A stretch of 64,000 nt of DNA from an uncultured Bacilli bacterium (GTDB lineage: Bacteria > Bacillota_I > Bacilli_A > RF39 > UBA660). The translations under genes were made by a program, and so were the position numbers. Of the stretch, positions 18,158-27,513 are shown piece by piece. Numbering within the stretch: the first letter of the stretch is position 1; every line of letters begins with the position of its first letter. Below the pieces are notes generated by a model. It made no database searches, was not told the DNA's origin, and saw only the letters and a program-made list of their open reading frames with translations. The stretch covers positions 119,833 to 183,832 of the forward strand of contig CAKPRZ010000001.1 of assembly GCA_934183165.1 (NCBI GenBank), given 5' to 3'.

Positions 18158-19213
18158 TGCACTACTATAGCGATATCCGTTTGTTACACCTATCTTACCA
18201 TTATATTGATCTTTTGAACAGTCACTATCTTTGTATCCAGCTATTTTAGAATATACTGTTTCACCATCATTCCTTAATTTTAAAGTAAACATCTTTGTTT
18301 GCATATATTTGATAGAATAACATTTTGATTCACTTCTTAATGTATCTTCTTCACTATCATCAGATTTAACATATTCTTCTATTTTATAGTAAGTTGGATA
18401 TTCAAGTCCCCATATAGATACGTTTTTCTTTTTCTTAATCATACTAATTGCTAAAGTTTTAGGCTTTGAAAACTCTTGAATAGTAGGCCCAATTACCTTA
18501 ACTTTATCAGTACCAGTGTCATATAAATCACACTTATCGTCACTTCCAGGGAAAGTTTGACAAATCTCTTCCATTGTATCAGCTATTATATAATCATTAT
18601 TATGAACTGTAAAATCTTTATATATCCAATTTGTTGAAGAATTATATTGCCAATTTTTATTTGGTCTATATGTATACGGACTAATTCCTTGATATGGTTT
18701 ATCATTAGCACCTTTTGTTGCTTTAAGATATACTCTTACTGAGTAGCCATCAATAGCATTACCATATGAAGCATCTTGTGTACTTATCTCACTTTCAATA
18801 TTTTCTTCACTATTTTCAACATCTGAATTTCCATCTTCACTATAAACTAAATTAAGCAAATCAGATGCACATATTTTTTGCTTCCTCACTTTATCATTGT
18901 AGTGATCTTCACTAAGCAACTCATTTTGATATTTGTCTTCACCTGGAGCTTTGTAATATACTTGAATTCTCCAATTTTTAAATATTACAGGTGCTTCTAT
19001 TTGAAGACAATCTTTATCTGTTGAGCTTTCAGCAAACTTAACAATTCTTGCATCTTTAGATTTTGAATTAATATCTTTTTCTTTAAATTTTTTATATGAT
19101 AAAAATCCTCCACCTAGTATTACTGCTACTGCAAATAAAGTCATTGTTACTTTGAACATTTTTCTTCTTTTGATAGTTTCATTAGATGGTCTACCTACTT
19201 TGTTTTTAAACAT
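18143..19213 (-). CDS. Membrane-anchored extracytoplasmic protein, paralog of 10473..12002 (FKNKVGRPSNETIKRRK N-terminus, one Cys-pair repeat)
   Basis: N-terminus MFKNKVGRPSNETIKRRK plus TM. Shares C-x-[VI]-EAP and VYYK-P blocks and one CS-IK...FTL...YKDSDC unit with the paralog. Confidence 0.6.
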   Translation of the reverse strand: MFKNKVGRPSNETIKRRKMFKVTMTLFAVAVILGGGFLSYKKFKEKDINSKSKDARIVKFAESSTDKDCLQIEAPVIFKNWRIQVYYKAPGEDKYQNELLSEDHYNDKVRKQKICASDLLNLVYSEDGNSDVENSEENIESEISTQDASYGNAIDGYSVRVYLKATKGANDKPYQGISPYTYRPNKNWQYNSSTNWIYKDFTVHNNDYIIADTMEEICQTFPGSDDKCDLYDTGTDKVKVIGPTIQEFSKPKTLAISMIKKKKNVSIWGLEYPTYYKIEEYVKSDDSEEDTLRSESKCYSIKYMQTKMFTLKLRNDGETVYSKIAGYKDSDCSKDQYNGKIGVTNGYRYSSAEQAE

Positions 19214-19424
19214 TATATTTACCTACCTTTCTATCTTATATTTAAATAATACAATATCAATTAACAAATAGTCAATTAAATGATTCCTCTAATTAACTTA
19301 GTTTACACTTATTAGACATTAATAAATAAGATATGATATGAATATGATTTAGTATAGGTATTAATACAACACCAAGTTTTAATTTATGAATATCTTATAA
19401 TAGAAAAAGAAAAGGAGTGATTAT

Positions 19425-19841
19425 ATGGTGGAATCTAATAATCAATGTTGCTTAGGAAAAATATTAAAATTAATAGAAAAGCTTCAAAGAAGTTGTGAAT
19501 GTCAAGAAGCAACTGACAATAGTTGTTTAAAACCCTTTTTAGGAGTTCCAATTACTGTAGAATGTTATAATACTAGACCAATTACTTTTTATGGATGTGA
19601 TAACAATTTAATTAATGTTGATTATGAAGTTACAATTGATGGTGTTACATCGACTGGTACAAGTAGTATTTTTAGAGTTGAACGAGTTGAAGGATGTTGT
19701 TGTGTTGTTAGTATTTTAATAGCAAATCCTAATACATCAGAAACTAATAGACCTTACATTACCACTAACCAAACAGCCACTATTAATTTAGATTGTGTAT
19801 GTGCAATTAAATGTTTAGGCGATACTATCGTTGATTTATAG
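19425..19841 (+). CDS. CotY/CotZ/ExsY-family cysteine-rich spore coat / exosporium protein
   Basis: Alignment by eye to Bacillus CotY/ExsY: C-LKPFLG, NTRPI, FRVERVEG-CC-V, LDCVCAIKCLGDT. RBS AAAGGAG. Confidence 0.8.
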   Translation: MVESNNQCCLGKILKLIEKLQRSCECQEATDNSCLKPFLGVPITVECYNTRPITFYGCDNNLINVDYEVTIDGVTSTGTSSIFRVERVEGCCCVVSILIANPNTSETNRPYITTNQTATINLDCVCAIKCLGDTIVDL

Positions 19842-19856
19842 AAGGGAGGTTTTGAT

Positions 19857-20270
19857 ATGTGTTGCGAGAACAACAATAATAAAAGCAATTGCCTAGCTAA
19901 TATTTTAGAAACAATCCTTTATCTACAACAAAAACATGATGAATGTGATGAAGATAATAGTTGTACTAGACCATTCTTAGGGCCAGCTAATAACATAATA
20001 TGTTTAAATACTAGATTGATTAGTTTATACAGTTGCTGTAATAATACTTTATGGACTATGCCTTATACTTTAAATGGTACTAGTGGTACAAGTTCTGTTT
20101 TTAGAATAGAAAGTTTAGATAATGAATGTGCAACATTCAGGGTTTTAGCACCAAATTCTGATACATCATCTAGTTTCCCATATGTTGCAACAGAAGATTA
20201 CTTTACAATTAAACTAAGTTGTATTGGCGTAATTAAATGTTTAGGAGATACAAGTATTAGTGGAATATAA
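19857..20270 (+). CDS. CotY/CotZ/ExsY-family spore coat protein, tandem paralog
   Basis: Same motifs (CTRPFLGPA, NTRLISLY, FRIESLDNECATFRVLA, LSCIGVIKCLGDT). RBS GGGAGG, 15 nt after the upstream paralog. Confidence 0.8.
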   Translation: MCCENNNNKSNCLANILETILYLQQKHDECDEDNSCTRPFLGPANNIICLNTRLISLYSCCNNTLWTMPYTLNGTSGTSSVFRIESLDNECATFRVLAPNSDTSSSFPYVATEDYFTIKLSCIGVIKCLGDTSISGI

Positions 20271-20294
20271 AAAAGCTTCATTTGAAGCTTTTTT
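20271..20294. terminator. Bidirectional terminator between the cotY-like pair and the convergent T4SS operon
   Basis: aaaagcttca-ttt-gaagctttttt: perfect 8-9 bp stem with A-run and T-run flanks. Confidence 0.75.
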
Positions 20295-20299
20295 CATAT

Positions 20300-22519
20300 C
20301 TAATCGTCAAAGAAGTCATCGAAGAATCTATCTTCATTAACCTCATCATCCAAAGAAATAGTTGGTACATCTTTTTTGATTTCTCTTTTCTCTTCTACAA
20401 CTTTTTCTTCTTGTTTTATTTCCTGTTTTTCTTCTATTTTTTCTTCAGGTTTCTTTGGCATAATTCTAGAATTTATATCATTTGAAATAATACTATTAAT
20501 TCTATCTTCCATTGCTTTAGCATCAAGTTTGGCAGGTTCTTTTAGTGGAACAGGTTTAGCATTTTCTTTCTTAGCTTGTTCTTCTAATTTAGCCTGTTCT
20601 TTTTCTTCTGCTTCTAATGCTGCAATCTTGGCATCTATCTTCTTGACTAAATCATCAATATTTAAATCCCCTCCACCATTTGGTTTAGGTTTATTAAATG
20701 GATTGACATCATCACGATCTGCTTTAGGTCCAAAAAGTCCTGGAGGAGGTCCAAAAGGATTAGCTCCACCAAAGCCTCCTGGCATACCACTATCATTCAT
20801 CATATTTTTTAATTTTTCTTGACGTTTTTCTTTTACAAATTCACGCATATCAAATACTTGTACTGGTTTCTTTTCACGTGTTGGATATGTAGCTTTTGGA
20901 AATTTTTGACCAAAATTCATTTTAAAATATGGAGTGAATTTAGTCTTAAATGGTTGCATACGTATTCTTAATATAATTGTTTCAAATTGTTTCATACGTT
21001 GTAAATCAGAAACTGTAACAAGTGGTGTTGAAGCTGTTTTATCATCTTTTTTAGATTTTACTTCACCACACATTTTACTAATTTCTTCAAGTGCTTTTAA
21101 TTCTGTTGTAATAAGGTAAATTATATTACCACAGTTACCACGAATGGTTTCAGCATTTTCTTTTCCATACACTTGATCTAGCTGAGCAAAGTTCTGGATA
21201 ATCATCGTAAATCTAATACGTCTAGAACGTGCTGCTGTAATCATTGTTGTTATATCTTTAAGCGGTGGCATATTAGCAAACTCATCTAATAAGAAGTTTG
21301 TTCTTACAGGTAATTGACCACCATGTTTTTGGGCTACTGAAATTAAAGTTTCATAACATTGCTTTAATAAAATTGTAACTAATGAGTGATATGTTTTTTT
21401 CTCATCTTGAATAACAATAAACAAAGCTGTAGGTTTTTCACCAATCTCTTCTAGATTAACATCACTATATGCAAGCATTTCAGATAAGTTTTCACGAGAA
21501 GCAAATAATTTTATCTTTTGCTTAAATACTGCAATGATACTTCCCTTTGTTTCATTTGGAGCCATAATAGTTCCGCTAGCATTAACATAAGCGGCTGAGG
21601 CAGGATCCTTAAAAGAAAAATATTCTTTGGCATAAGTAGATCCTCCACATTTTTCTTCACCTACAGTTGTCATCAAACTTATTGTATTAATATTTACTTC
21701 TTCTGGTTTGGCATCTTCAAACATTCCAAGTGCTAGACCTGAGAAATAATCTGCAGATGTTTTTTCCCAGAATGGGTCAGCATTACCACTATTTTCTTCA
21801 TAAAGTATATTAGCAGCCAAGTCATCTAGAAGTTCTATTGCTTTATCCTGATTACCACTTTTATACATATTATAAGGCAATGTTAATGGATTCCATGCAT
21901 TACCTTGTTGAGGATCACGAAAGTTTAGAACTAATATATTATATCCTCTGCTTTTAAGCATATTTGCTGTTTTTTCATATATTTCACCTTTAGGGTCAGT
22001 AATAATCATTGATTCTTTATGCTTTGCTAAAAGTTCGACTGTAGGGAAAATAACAGTTTGTGTTTTACCTGAACCAGTAGCACCAATAACTAGGTTATGA
22101 TATTCACCATCATCAACCCATATTTCATGATCTTTTAAAATTAATGGAACACCAGCAACAGTAGAATTTTTAGCATTAGGATCAACATACTTTAATTCTT
22201 TTTTCATTTCTTTATCTTTAGCCCATCTTGAATAACCTTTATCTTTTTTACTAGTTGTTATACCAAAGCCTTCTTCTCTTTCGAAAAAGTAAGAACTAAC
22301 TGAAACAAAGATTCCTGCTAAAAATAAAATATAAAAAACCATAGTTGTTGTGATATTTTTTGCTGAAAAAGCAGGAAGAGGATTAAGTCCATAAAAATGT
22401 CCTTCATTTGCTAAAACAGGAATATTTAAAACACCTAATGCAACTACATACAAAAGAAATATTGCAAAAATAACAAAAATCAAAATATCCTGAGGTTCTG
22501 CTCTAAACTTTAACTTCAT
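20300..22519 (-). CDS. virD4: Type IV coupling protein (VirD4/TraG/TcpA-like ATPase)
   Basis: Two N-terminal TM helices, Walker A GATGSGKTQT, the T4CP-typical ITDPKGE block, and an acidic C-terminal tail (DDFFDD) with a Pro/Gly-rich and Lys/Glu coiled segment. Confidence 0.85.
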   Translation of the reverse strand: MKLKFRAEPQDILIFVIFAIFLLYVVALGVLNIPVLANEGHFYGLNPLPAFSAKNITTTMVFYILFLAGIFVSVSSYFFEREEGFGITTSKKDKGYSRWAKDKEMKKELKYVDPNAKNSTVAGVPLILKDHEIWVDDGEYHNLVIGATGSGKTQTVIFPTVELLAKHKESMIITDPKGEIYEKTANMLKSRGYNILVLNFRDPQQGNAWNPLTLPYNMYKSGNQDKAIELLDDLAANILYEENSGNADPFWEKTSADYFSGLALGMFEDAKPEEVNINTISLMTTVGEEKCGGSTYAKEYFSFKDPASAAYVNASGTIMAPNETKGSIIAVFKQKIKLFASRENLSEMLAYSDVNLEEIGEKPTALFIVIQDEKKTYHSLVTILLKQCYETLISVAQKHGGQLPVRTNFLLDEFANMPPLKDITTMITAARSRRIRFTMIIQNFAQLDQVYGKENAETIRGNCGNIIYLITTELKALEEISKMCGEVKSKKDDKTASTPLVTVSDLQRMKQFETIILRIRMQPFKTKFTPYFKMNFGQKFPKATYPTREKKPVQVFDMREFVKEKRQEKLKNMMNDSGMPGGFGGANPFGPPPGLFGPKADRDDVNPFNKPKPNGGGDLNIDDLVKKIDAKIAALEAEEKEQAKLEEQAKKENAKPVPLKEPAKLDAKAMEDRINSIISNDINSRIMPKKPEEKIEEKQEIKQEEKVVEEKREIKKDVPTISLDDEVNEDRFFDDFFDD

Positions 22520-22533
22520 AATTAACCTTCTTC

Positions 22534-23256
22534 CTATATTCTATTGTTTTTACTGGCTTTTTTTCTAAAGATTATTATAACAATAAATGCCAAAATTGCA
22601 AGAGAAATAAAAATTGTCAATACTATTGTAATCTTATTTTCATAATTAAAAACATATTTATCTTTATATAATTCTATATAAATACCAGCATTATCTTTAT
22701 TTGCTTCTGTAAAAGTCCAATAATAATTATATCCATCAACTCTACTTGCATTATTCGATTTAACCTTATGATTGGTTTTTAGATGAATTGTTATTGAATC
22801 TACATTGTCATAAGAAAGACAATTTATTGTATCATTAGTAGATAATATATATAATTCATTACTATCTAAAACATTGAAATATCTATAACAGCTATTAATT
22901 ATATTAGAATACTTATAATTACTAAAATCATATATATAATTATAAACTATTCCTAATTCTTTTTTATTATCTACCTTTTTCTTTTTATAAAATGTATTAG
23001 CATCATTACTTAAAGCTGGGAATGAACTACTAAACGATCTATTAACATATTCACGAAATGTTATCAATTTATCAGTTGAGGAATCAGTACCTTTAGTACT
23101 ACCGGTCAATTCTTTATCCCATTTATAACTATCGGTATCTATCATAGATGTTTTTTCTTTTATTTTATCGTTTACTATTTCAACTTCATAATTTGCAGAA
23201 CATCCAGATAATAAAACTACTAAAGACAAAATAATTAGTATACTAATTTTTTTCAT
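22534..23256 (-). CDS. T4SS-associated lipoprotein with an additional C-terminal TM anchor
   Basis: Lipobox LLSGCSANYEV; C-terminal hydrophobic helix and a basic tail. The start moves to the ATG at 23256, preceded by AAAGGAGA. Confidence 0.5.
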   Translation of the reverse strand: MKKISILIILSLVVLLSGCSANYEVEIVNDKIKEKTSMIDTDSYKWDKELTGSTKGTDSSTDKLITFREYVNRSFSSSFPALSNDANTFYKKKKVDNKKELGIVYNYIYDFSNYKYSNIINSCYRYFNVLDSNELYILSTNDTINCLSYDNVDSITIHLKTNHKVKSNNASRVDGYNYYWTFTEANKDNAGIYIELYKDKYVFNYENKITIVLTIFISLAILAFIVIIIFRKKASKNNRI

Positions 23257-23266
23257 AGAATCTCCT

Positions 23267-25702
23267 TTACTGTTGTGGCATATCATTTGATGGTGTACCA
23301 AAACTACAATTCATCTTATTTCTAGAACAGAATTCCGTAATATTGATATCTTGGTTAACATCTTGGCCTCTAGCATTAGAAATATTGAAGTGTAAATGCC
23401 ATCCCGTTGAATTACCAGTACTTCCCATATATCCTAAGAATTGTCCTATCTGAACTTTATCGCCATTTTTAAGCTTAGGATCAATTGCATCAAAATGCCA
23501 ATATGAGAATGTATATCCTTTATATGGATCAGAATTATCAGTAACTTTTATTACAACTGCCATACCATTACATCCTGATACTCTTCTTAATGTTGTATCG
23601 GCATTACTATGTCTAGTATCAGAGCAATAATACTTAGATCTATCATTTTGAAGTAAAGTAATTGTACCACTATGGGCAGCAACAATTGGTATTTTAGTAC
23701 ATTTTTCACGACCACCGCCTGAACAAGCAATATCTAAAGATCCATGATATCCAGTGAAGTAATAGTATCCACCTGTAACTGTTAAATTACTAAGTGGAGT
23801 ATTCAATGGCAAAATACTAGTTGAATATATTCCTTTAGTACCTAATTGGATTCCACCAGCTACGCCTAGACCCATTTGAGTAATTTGAACACCATCACTA
23901 TAGAAGAATTTAAGTATTTCATCATACTTTTTACCTTGCTTTGCCATTTGATAAGATACTAACTGACTCATACCATTAGCATGTCCTTGACCAGTAGTAA
24001 TTCTACTATATTGAGATGAATCACTTAATGTTACTTTATGAGTTTCTCCTTTTGGCAATTTTTTATAAGTTACACTATAAGTACCATCAGCATTTCTTGT
24101 AGCATCAGGACAATCTGAATCTGCATAACAAAAAGAGTCATATTGAGCAGAAAAGTATTTGCCATTATAAGTTAAAACCATTCCCGCTGTTTCATTAGCT
24201 GCTTTTAAAGATAATGGAGCTTGTTTTTTTACATACTCAATATCATGAAATGTTTGAGCATTTGTACTGTTTTCTATAGGCTTAGTACATCCAGCAGTAT
24301 AATTAAGAGCATATGTTCTAGCCGCAATAGCTTGAGCTTTTAAAGCTTCTAATCCACCATCTTGGTATGCTTCATGAGCTACAACACCAGCAACATACTC
24401 CTCTAAATCCATAGTACCAACACCAGTTACAGTAATACCATTAGGACACAAGTTAGAAATTATTCCTCCATTTAGAGAATCAGCCTTTAAGTCTTTGTAA
24501 TACAAATAAATAAAACTGATTATTTCCTCTTTTTTATCTGCTAATTTATCACCGCTTAATCCTTCTATATATTCTTTATAATAATCTTTTACAAAGTCTT
24601 TATATAACCATTGAAAAAATTTACTTCCAGTATTTTCAGGATCATTATAATTTCCTTCTGTTACATCATTCCCGCTATCAGAAATAGCATTATTTACTTT
24701 TTTTATGTATTTTCTAACTTTTGACTTTGACAGTTTAGCAATACCATTTTTATCTACATCTTCAAAACAATCACCATTTTCTTGATCCTCATCACTACAT
24801 GTATCAGTTGATTCGGAATCGTCTTTTGAATAATCATCATTGTCATTTTTATACCCAACTAAAACAGCAACAACCATTTCTTTATCGGTAGTAACCATAC
24901 TATTTATCTTATTATAGAAATATTTATATTCTTCACCTACTGCTTCTTCACCTTGAGCACTACCAAATGCCTCACCCTTAAAGAAACTCATACTATCAGT
25001 AAATTTAGAAATAACACTAATAGATATCATTGATATAGTAAAAAATGTAACCAGTACAGGTATAAGATAAATAATAAGTTTTTTCTTAACCGTACTAGAA
25101 ATTACAATTTCTACAAGCTTTTTTGTTCCTGCAGACAAAGCAGATATGGGATTTGACGCCGCACGAGCAGCCTCAACCGCTGGCTTTCCTTTTGAAGTAT
25201 CAAGCATTTTTTCTGCCACTTCACCAGCACCAGGAGCAGCAGCATTAACTGCTGCCTTAACTCCTTTTTTAAATGCCATCTCATTCAATTTTGCTTTTTT
25301 CTCTTCTACAACTCTTTTTGGAGCATTTACTTTATCCTGAATAGCTTTCTTTTTTGCTTGTAATTGTTGTTGTTTTTTCTTTACTGATTCAGGGACCATT
25401 TTATTGGCAGCATTTTTAATACCCGCCTTTGCTTTATCTTTTGTTGCGCCTATTTTTTCATTTACTTTATTTGAAATAGCATCTTTTGCTACTCCACCTA
25501 ATCCATTTGCTTTATAACTATTTATAAAGTTATTAGCTTTAGCTGCGTTAGATAATAATCTTGAACCTAATCCTTGCTTTTTTTCAGAAGAATTATCCTT
25601 TACTGAATCAATATCATCTGAATTATATGGATTTAAATTAGTATCACTTTGAGGAACATCTTGTTCTAATTCCTTGTTTTGATCATTCAAGATTATCACC
25701 AC
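23267..25702 (-). CDS. Conjugation-type cell-wall hydrolase: Lys/Ala-rich cytoplasmic N-terminus, TM, SpoIID/LytB-like domain, C-terminal M23 peptidase (VirB1/PrgK/TcpG analogue)
   Basis: VAHEAYQDGGLEALKAQAIAARTYAL (SpoIID/LytB block). M23 motifs: SLDIACSGG...(HxxxD region) and GSTGNSTGWHLHF. Probable GTG start. Confidence 0.75.
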   Translation of the reverse strand: MVIILNDQNKELEQDVPQSDTNLNPYNSDDIDSVKDNSSEKKQGLGSRLLSNAAKANNFINSYKANGLGGVAKDAISNKVNEKIGATKDKAKAGIKNAANKMVPESVKKKQQQLQAKKKAIQDKVNAPKRVVEEKKAKLNEMAFKKGVKAAVNAAAPGAGEVAEKMLDTSKGKPAVEAARAASNPISALSAGTKKLVEIVISSTVKKKLIIYLIPVLVTFFTISMISISVISKFTDSMSFFKGEAFGSAQGEEAVGEEYKYFYNKINSMVTTDKEMVVAVLVGYKNDNDDYSKDDSESTDTCSDEDQENGDCFEDVDKNGIAKLSKSKVRKYIKKVNNAISDSGNDVTEGNYNDPENTGSKFFQWLYKDFVKDYYKEYIEGLSGDKLADKKEEIISFIYLYYKDLKADSLNGGIISNLCPNGITVTGVGTMDLEEYVAGVVAHEAYQDGGLEALKAQAIAARTYALNYTAGCTKPIENSTNAQTFHDIEYVKKQAPLSLKAANETAGMVLTYNGKYFSAQYDSFCYADSDCPDATRNADGTYSVTYKKLPKGETHKVTLSDSSQYSRITTGQGHANGMSQLVSYQMAKQGKKYDEILKFFYSDGVQITQMGLGVAGGIQLGTKGIYSTSILPLNTPLSNLTVTGGYYYFTGYHGSLDIACSGGGREKCTKIPIVAAHSGTITLLQNDRSKYYCSDTRHSNADTTLRRVSGCNGMAVVIKVTDNSDPYKGYTFSYWHFDAIDPKLKNGDKVQIGQFLGYMGSTGNSTGWHLHFNISNARGQDVNQDINITEFCSRNKMNCSFGTPSNDMPQQ

Positions 25703-25719
25703 CTAACTTCTTTTATAGA

Positions 25720-27513
25720 TTATAGACCTCCACCTTCACCAAATGAAGATAATTCTTCAGGAGTAACTACAACATTAATTCTCATTCTACGATTACCACA
25801 TACAAACAATGCTTCACCTTGAGAATACTGTTTTATACTTTCTTTTTCATTATCATTTAAATCGATTAACATAGCCAAGTCCTCTACAGCTTGTTTCTTT
25901 AATCCCATTACTAGGTAGTAAGAAGCATTATCAAATATTGCTTTGCCTTGCATTAATACATCTGGTGCTGCAAAGTCACTAGGTTGCTGTGTAATAATTA
26001 TTGACCCTGTATTATATTTACGCGCACGTCTTTGTACTTGAGCTAAGAAATCAGCTCCAAGTGAATTATGTTCACCAAGTAAAACATGTGCTTCATCAAC
26101 CATTAATACAGTATCAACATCTCTATCAAGACATAATCCCCAAGCATATTTTAATATATTAAAGAATAATGCATTCTTAACATTTGATTCCGCATTCATA
26201 AGCTCTTTTATATTAAATACTATAAAATCACTTTCATGAGAAATCGTTGTATGTCCATCGAAATAATATTTTAATTCTTTTGTTAATGGTCTTACTTTTA
26301 ATTCAAGTTTTTCTAATATATCTCTTTCATGTGTATGCTCTGGCATAGAAACCAAGATTGCTTTTATCGTTTCATATACATCAGAAAATGTTGGATAGTC
26401 ATTCGGACCAAAATCATAGAAATTGGTATTAAAGTCCACTCCAAATCTTTTGTATGTATCTTGTACGATTTCACTAAACAACGTTAAAACATCTTCTTCT
26501 ATTGATGGATCATAATATTTCATAAAAGCCTTTAAAAATTGTAAAGCACGAGTTAAAACAGTATAACCAAGTCCTTGTTTTATTTCTTCTTCATCAGCAT
26601 CTATTACAATTTGAAGTGGATTTATCATACCGTATTCTCCACCCTTACCTAAGTCAATTGTATCTCCACCAAAAGATCTAGCCATTTCACCAATTTCATC
26701 TTCTGGATCTATTGCTACTATCTGACAACCATTTCTTATATGTCCACGAAGTAATAACTTAGCTGCTGTTGATTTACCAGAACCAGACGTACCTAAAAGA
26801 ATCATATTAGCGTTATTTCTGTTATTTTCTTTTTTGATTTTATATAAAAATTGATTAAATAAAATTACACCACCTGAGAAGTCAACTCCTAAAAGTGTTG
26901 AAAGTCCAGGATCTTTAATACTATCAAAAATAAATGGATACATGGCACCTAACGTAACTGAAGGAATTGGAGTACCAATTCTATCTTCAATATCTTGTTT
27001 AGGGAATATTGGAAGAATTGATTTTAAAACTTTTTCTTGTTCAAATCTAAGAGAAACTGCTCTCAATTCCATTGCATCTAAGTAATTCTTAACATTTACT
27101 TTTTTCATTTCTAATTCTTCCTTAGTATCAGCAACAATCATTATATGCATTTGAAAATCAAATATTTTTGATTGACTTGATGCTAACATAGAAACAAAAT
27201 ATTCAAGTGATTCATAGTCAACTCTTATTCTTTCTTGAATAGTCCTATCTTTTTCATTTTGATAATTTACTTTTAATTCAGCAATTTGTTTATTAAGCAT
27301 TTTAGCAAGTGTTGAAAAAGGAACAGGAATATGTTTAATAACAACTTTTATTCCTGGCATAGTTGTAAGTGTTGATAAATAACCAGGAGAGATAAATTTA
27401 GGATATGATACAACTGTTAAAAGAGTTGCATATTTATCACTAATAAAGAAATCACTAGGATTGAAGTGTAATCCTTTAGGAGCAATTTGAGATTTAAATT
27501 TCATTGTACTCAT
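25720..27513 (-). CDS. virB4: VirB4/TrbE/CagE-family conjugative ATPase (C-terminal two-thirds)
   Basis: Walker A LLGTSGSGKST. VirB4-typical DEAH-like block LMVDEAHVLL. C-terminal RRARKYNTGSIIITQQPSD. Its ATG overlaps the stop of the upstream ORF (ATGA). Confidence 0.85.
   Translation of the reverse strand: MSTMKFKSQIAPKGLHFNPSDFFISDKYATLLTVVSYPKFISPGYLSTLTTMPGIKVVIKHIPVPFSTLAKMLNKQIAELKVNYQNEKDRTIQERIRVDYESLEYFVSMLASSQSKIFDFQMHIMIVADTKEELEMKKVNVKNYLDAMELRAVSLRFEQEKVLKSILPIFPKQDIEDRIGTPIPSVTLGAMYPFIFDSIKDPGLSTLLGVDFSGGVILFNQFLYKIKKENNRNNANMILLGTSGSGKSTAAKLLLRGHIRNGCQIVAIDPEDEIGEMARSFGGDTIDLGKGGEYGMINPLQIVIDADEEEIKQGLGYTVLTRALQFLKAFMKYYDPSIEEDVLTLFSEIVQDTYKRFGVDFNTNFYDFGPNDYPTFSDVYETIKAILVSMPEHTHERDILEKLELKVRPLTKELKYYFDGHTTISHESDFIVFNIKELMNAESNVKNALFFNILKYAWGLCLDRDVDTVLMVDEAHVLLGEHNSLGADFLAQVQRRARKYNTGSIIITQQPSDFAAPDVLMQGKAIFDNASYYLVMGLKKQAVEDLAMLIDLNDNEKESIKQYSQGEALFVCGNRRMRINVVVTPEELSSFGEGGGL

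Noticed and set aside
20376-20822. 148-aa plus-strand ORF rich in Ser/Phe/Gly
   Set aside because: It lies entirely inside the VirD4 coupling-protein gene on the opposite strand and mirrors its Lys/Glu/Pro-rich C-terminal tail. It is a shadow ORF.
25720-27513. Alternative call of the 597-aa ATPase as HerA/FtsK-like rather than VirB4
   Set aside because: The DEAH-like LMVDEAHVLL block and the C-terminal RRARK...TQQPSD motif are VirB4/TrbE hallmarks. HerA/FtsK lack them, and the VirB3/VirB6/VirD4 neighbours support VirB4.
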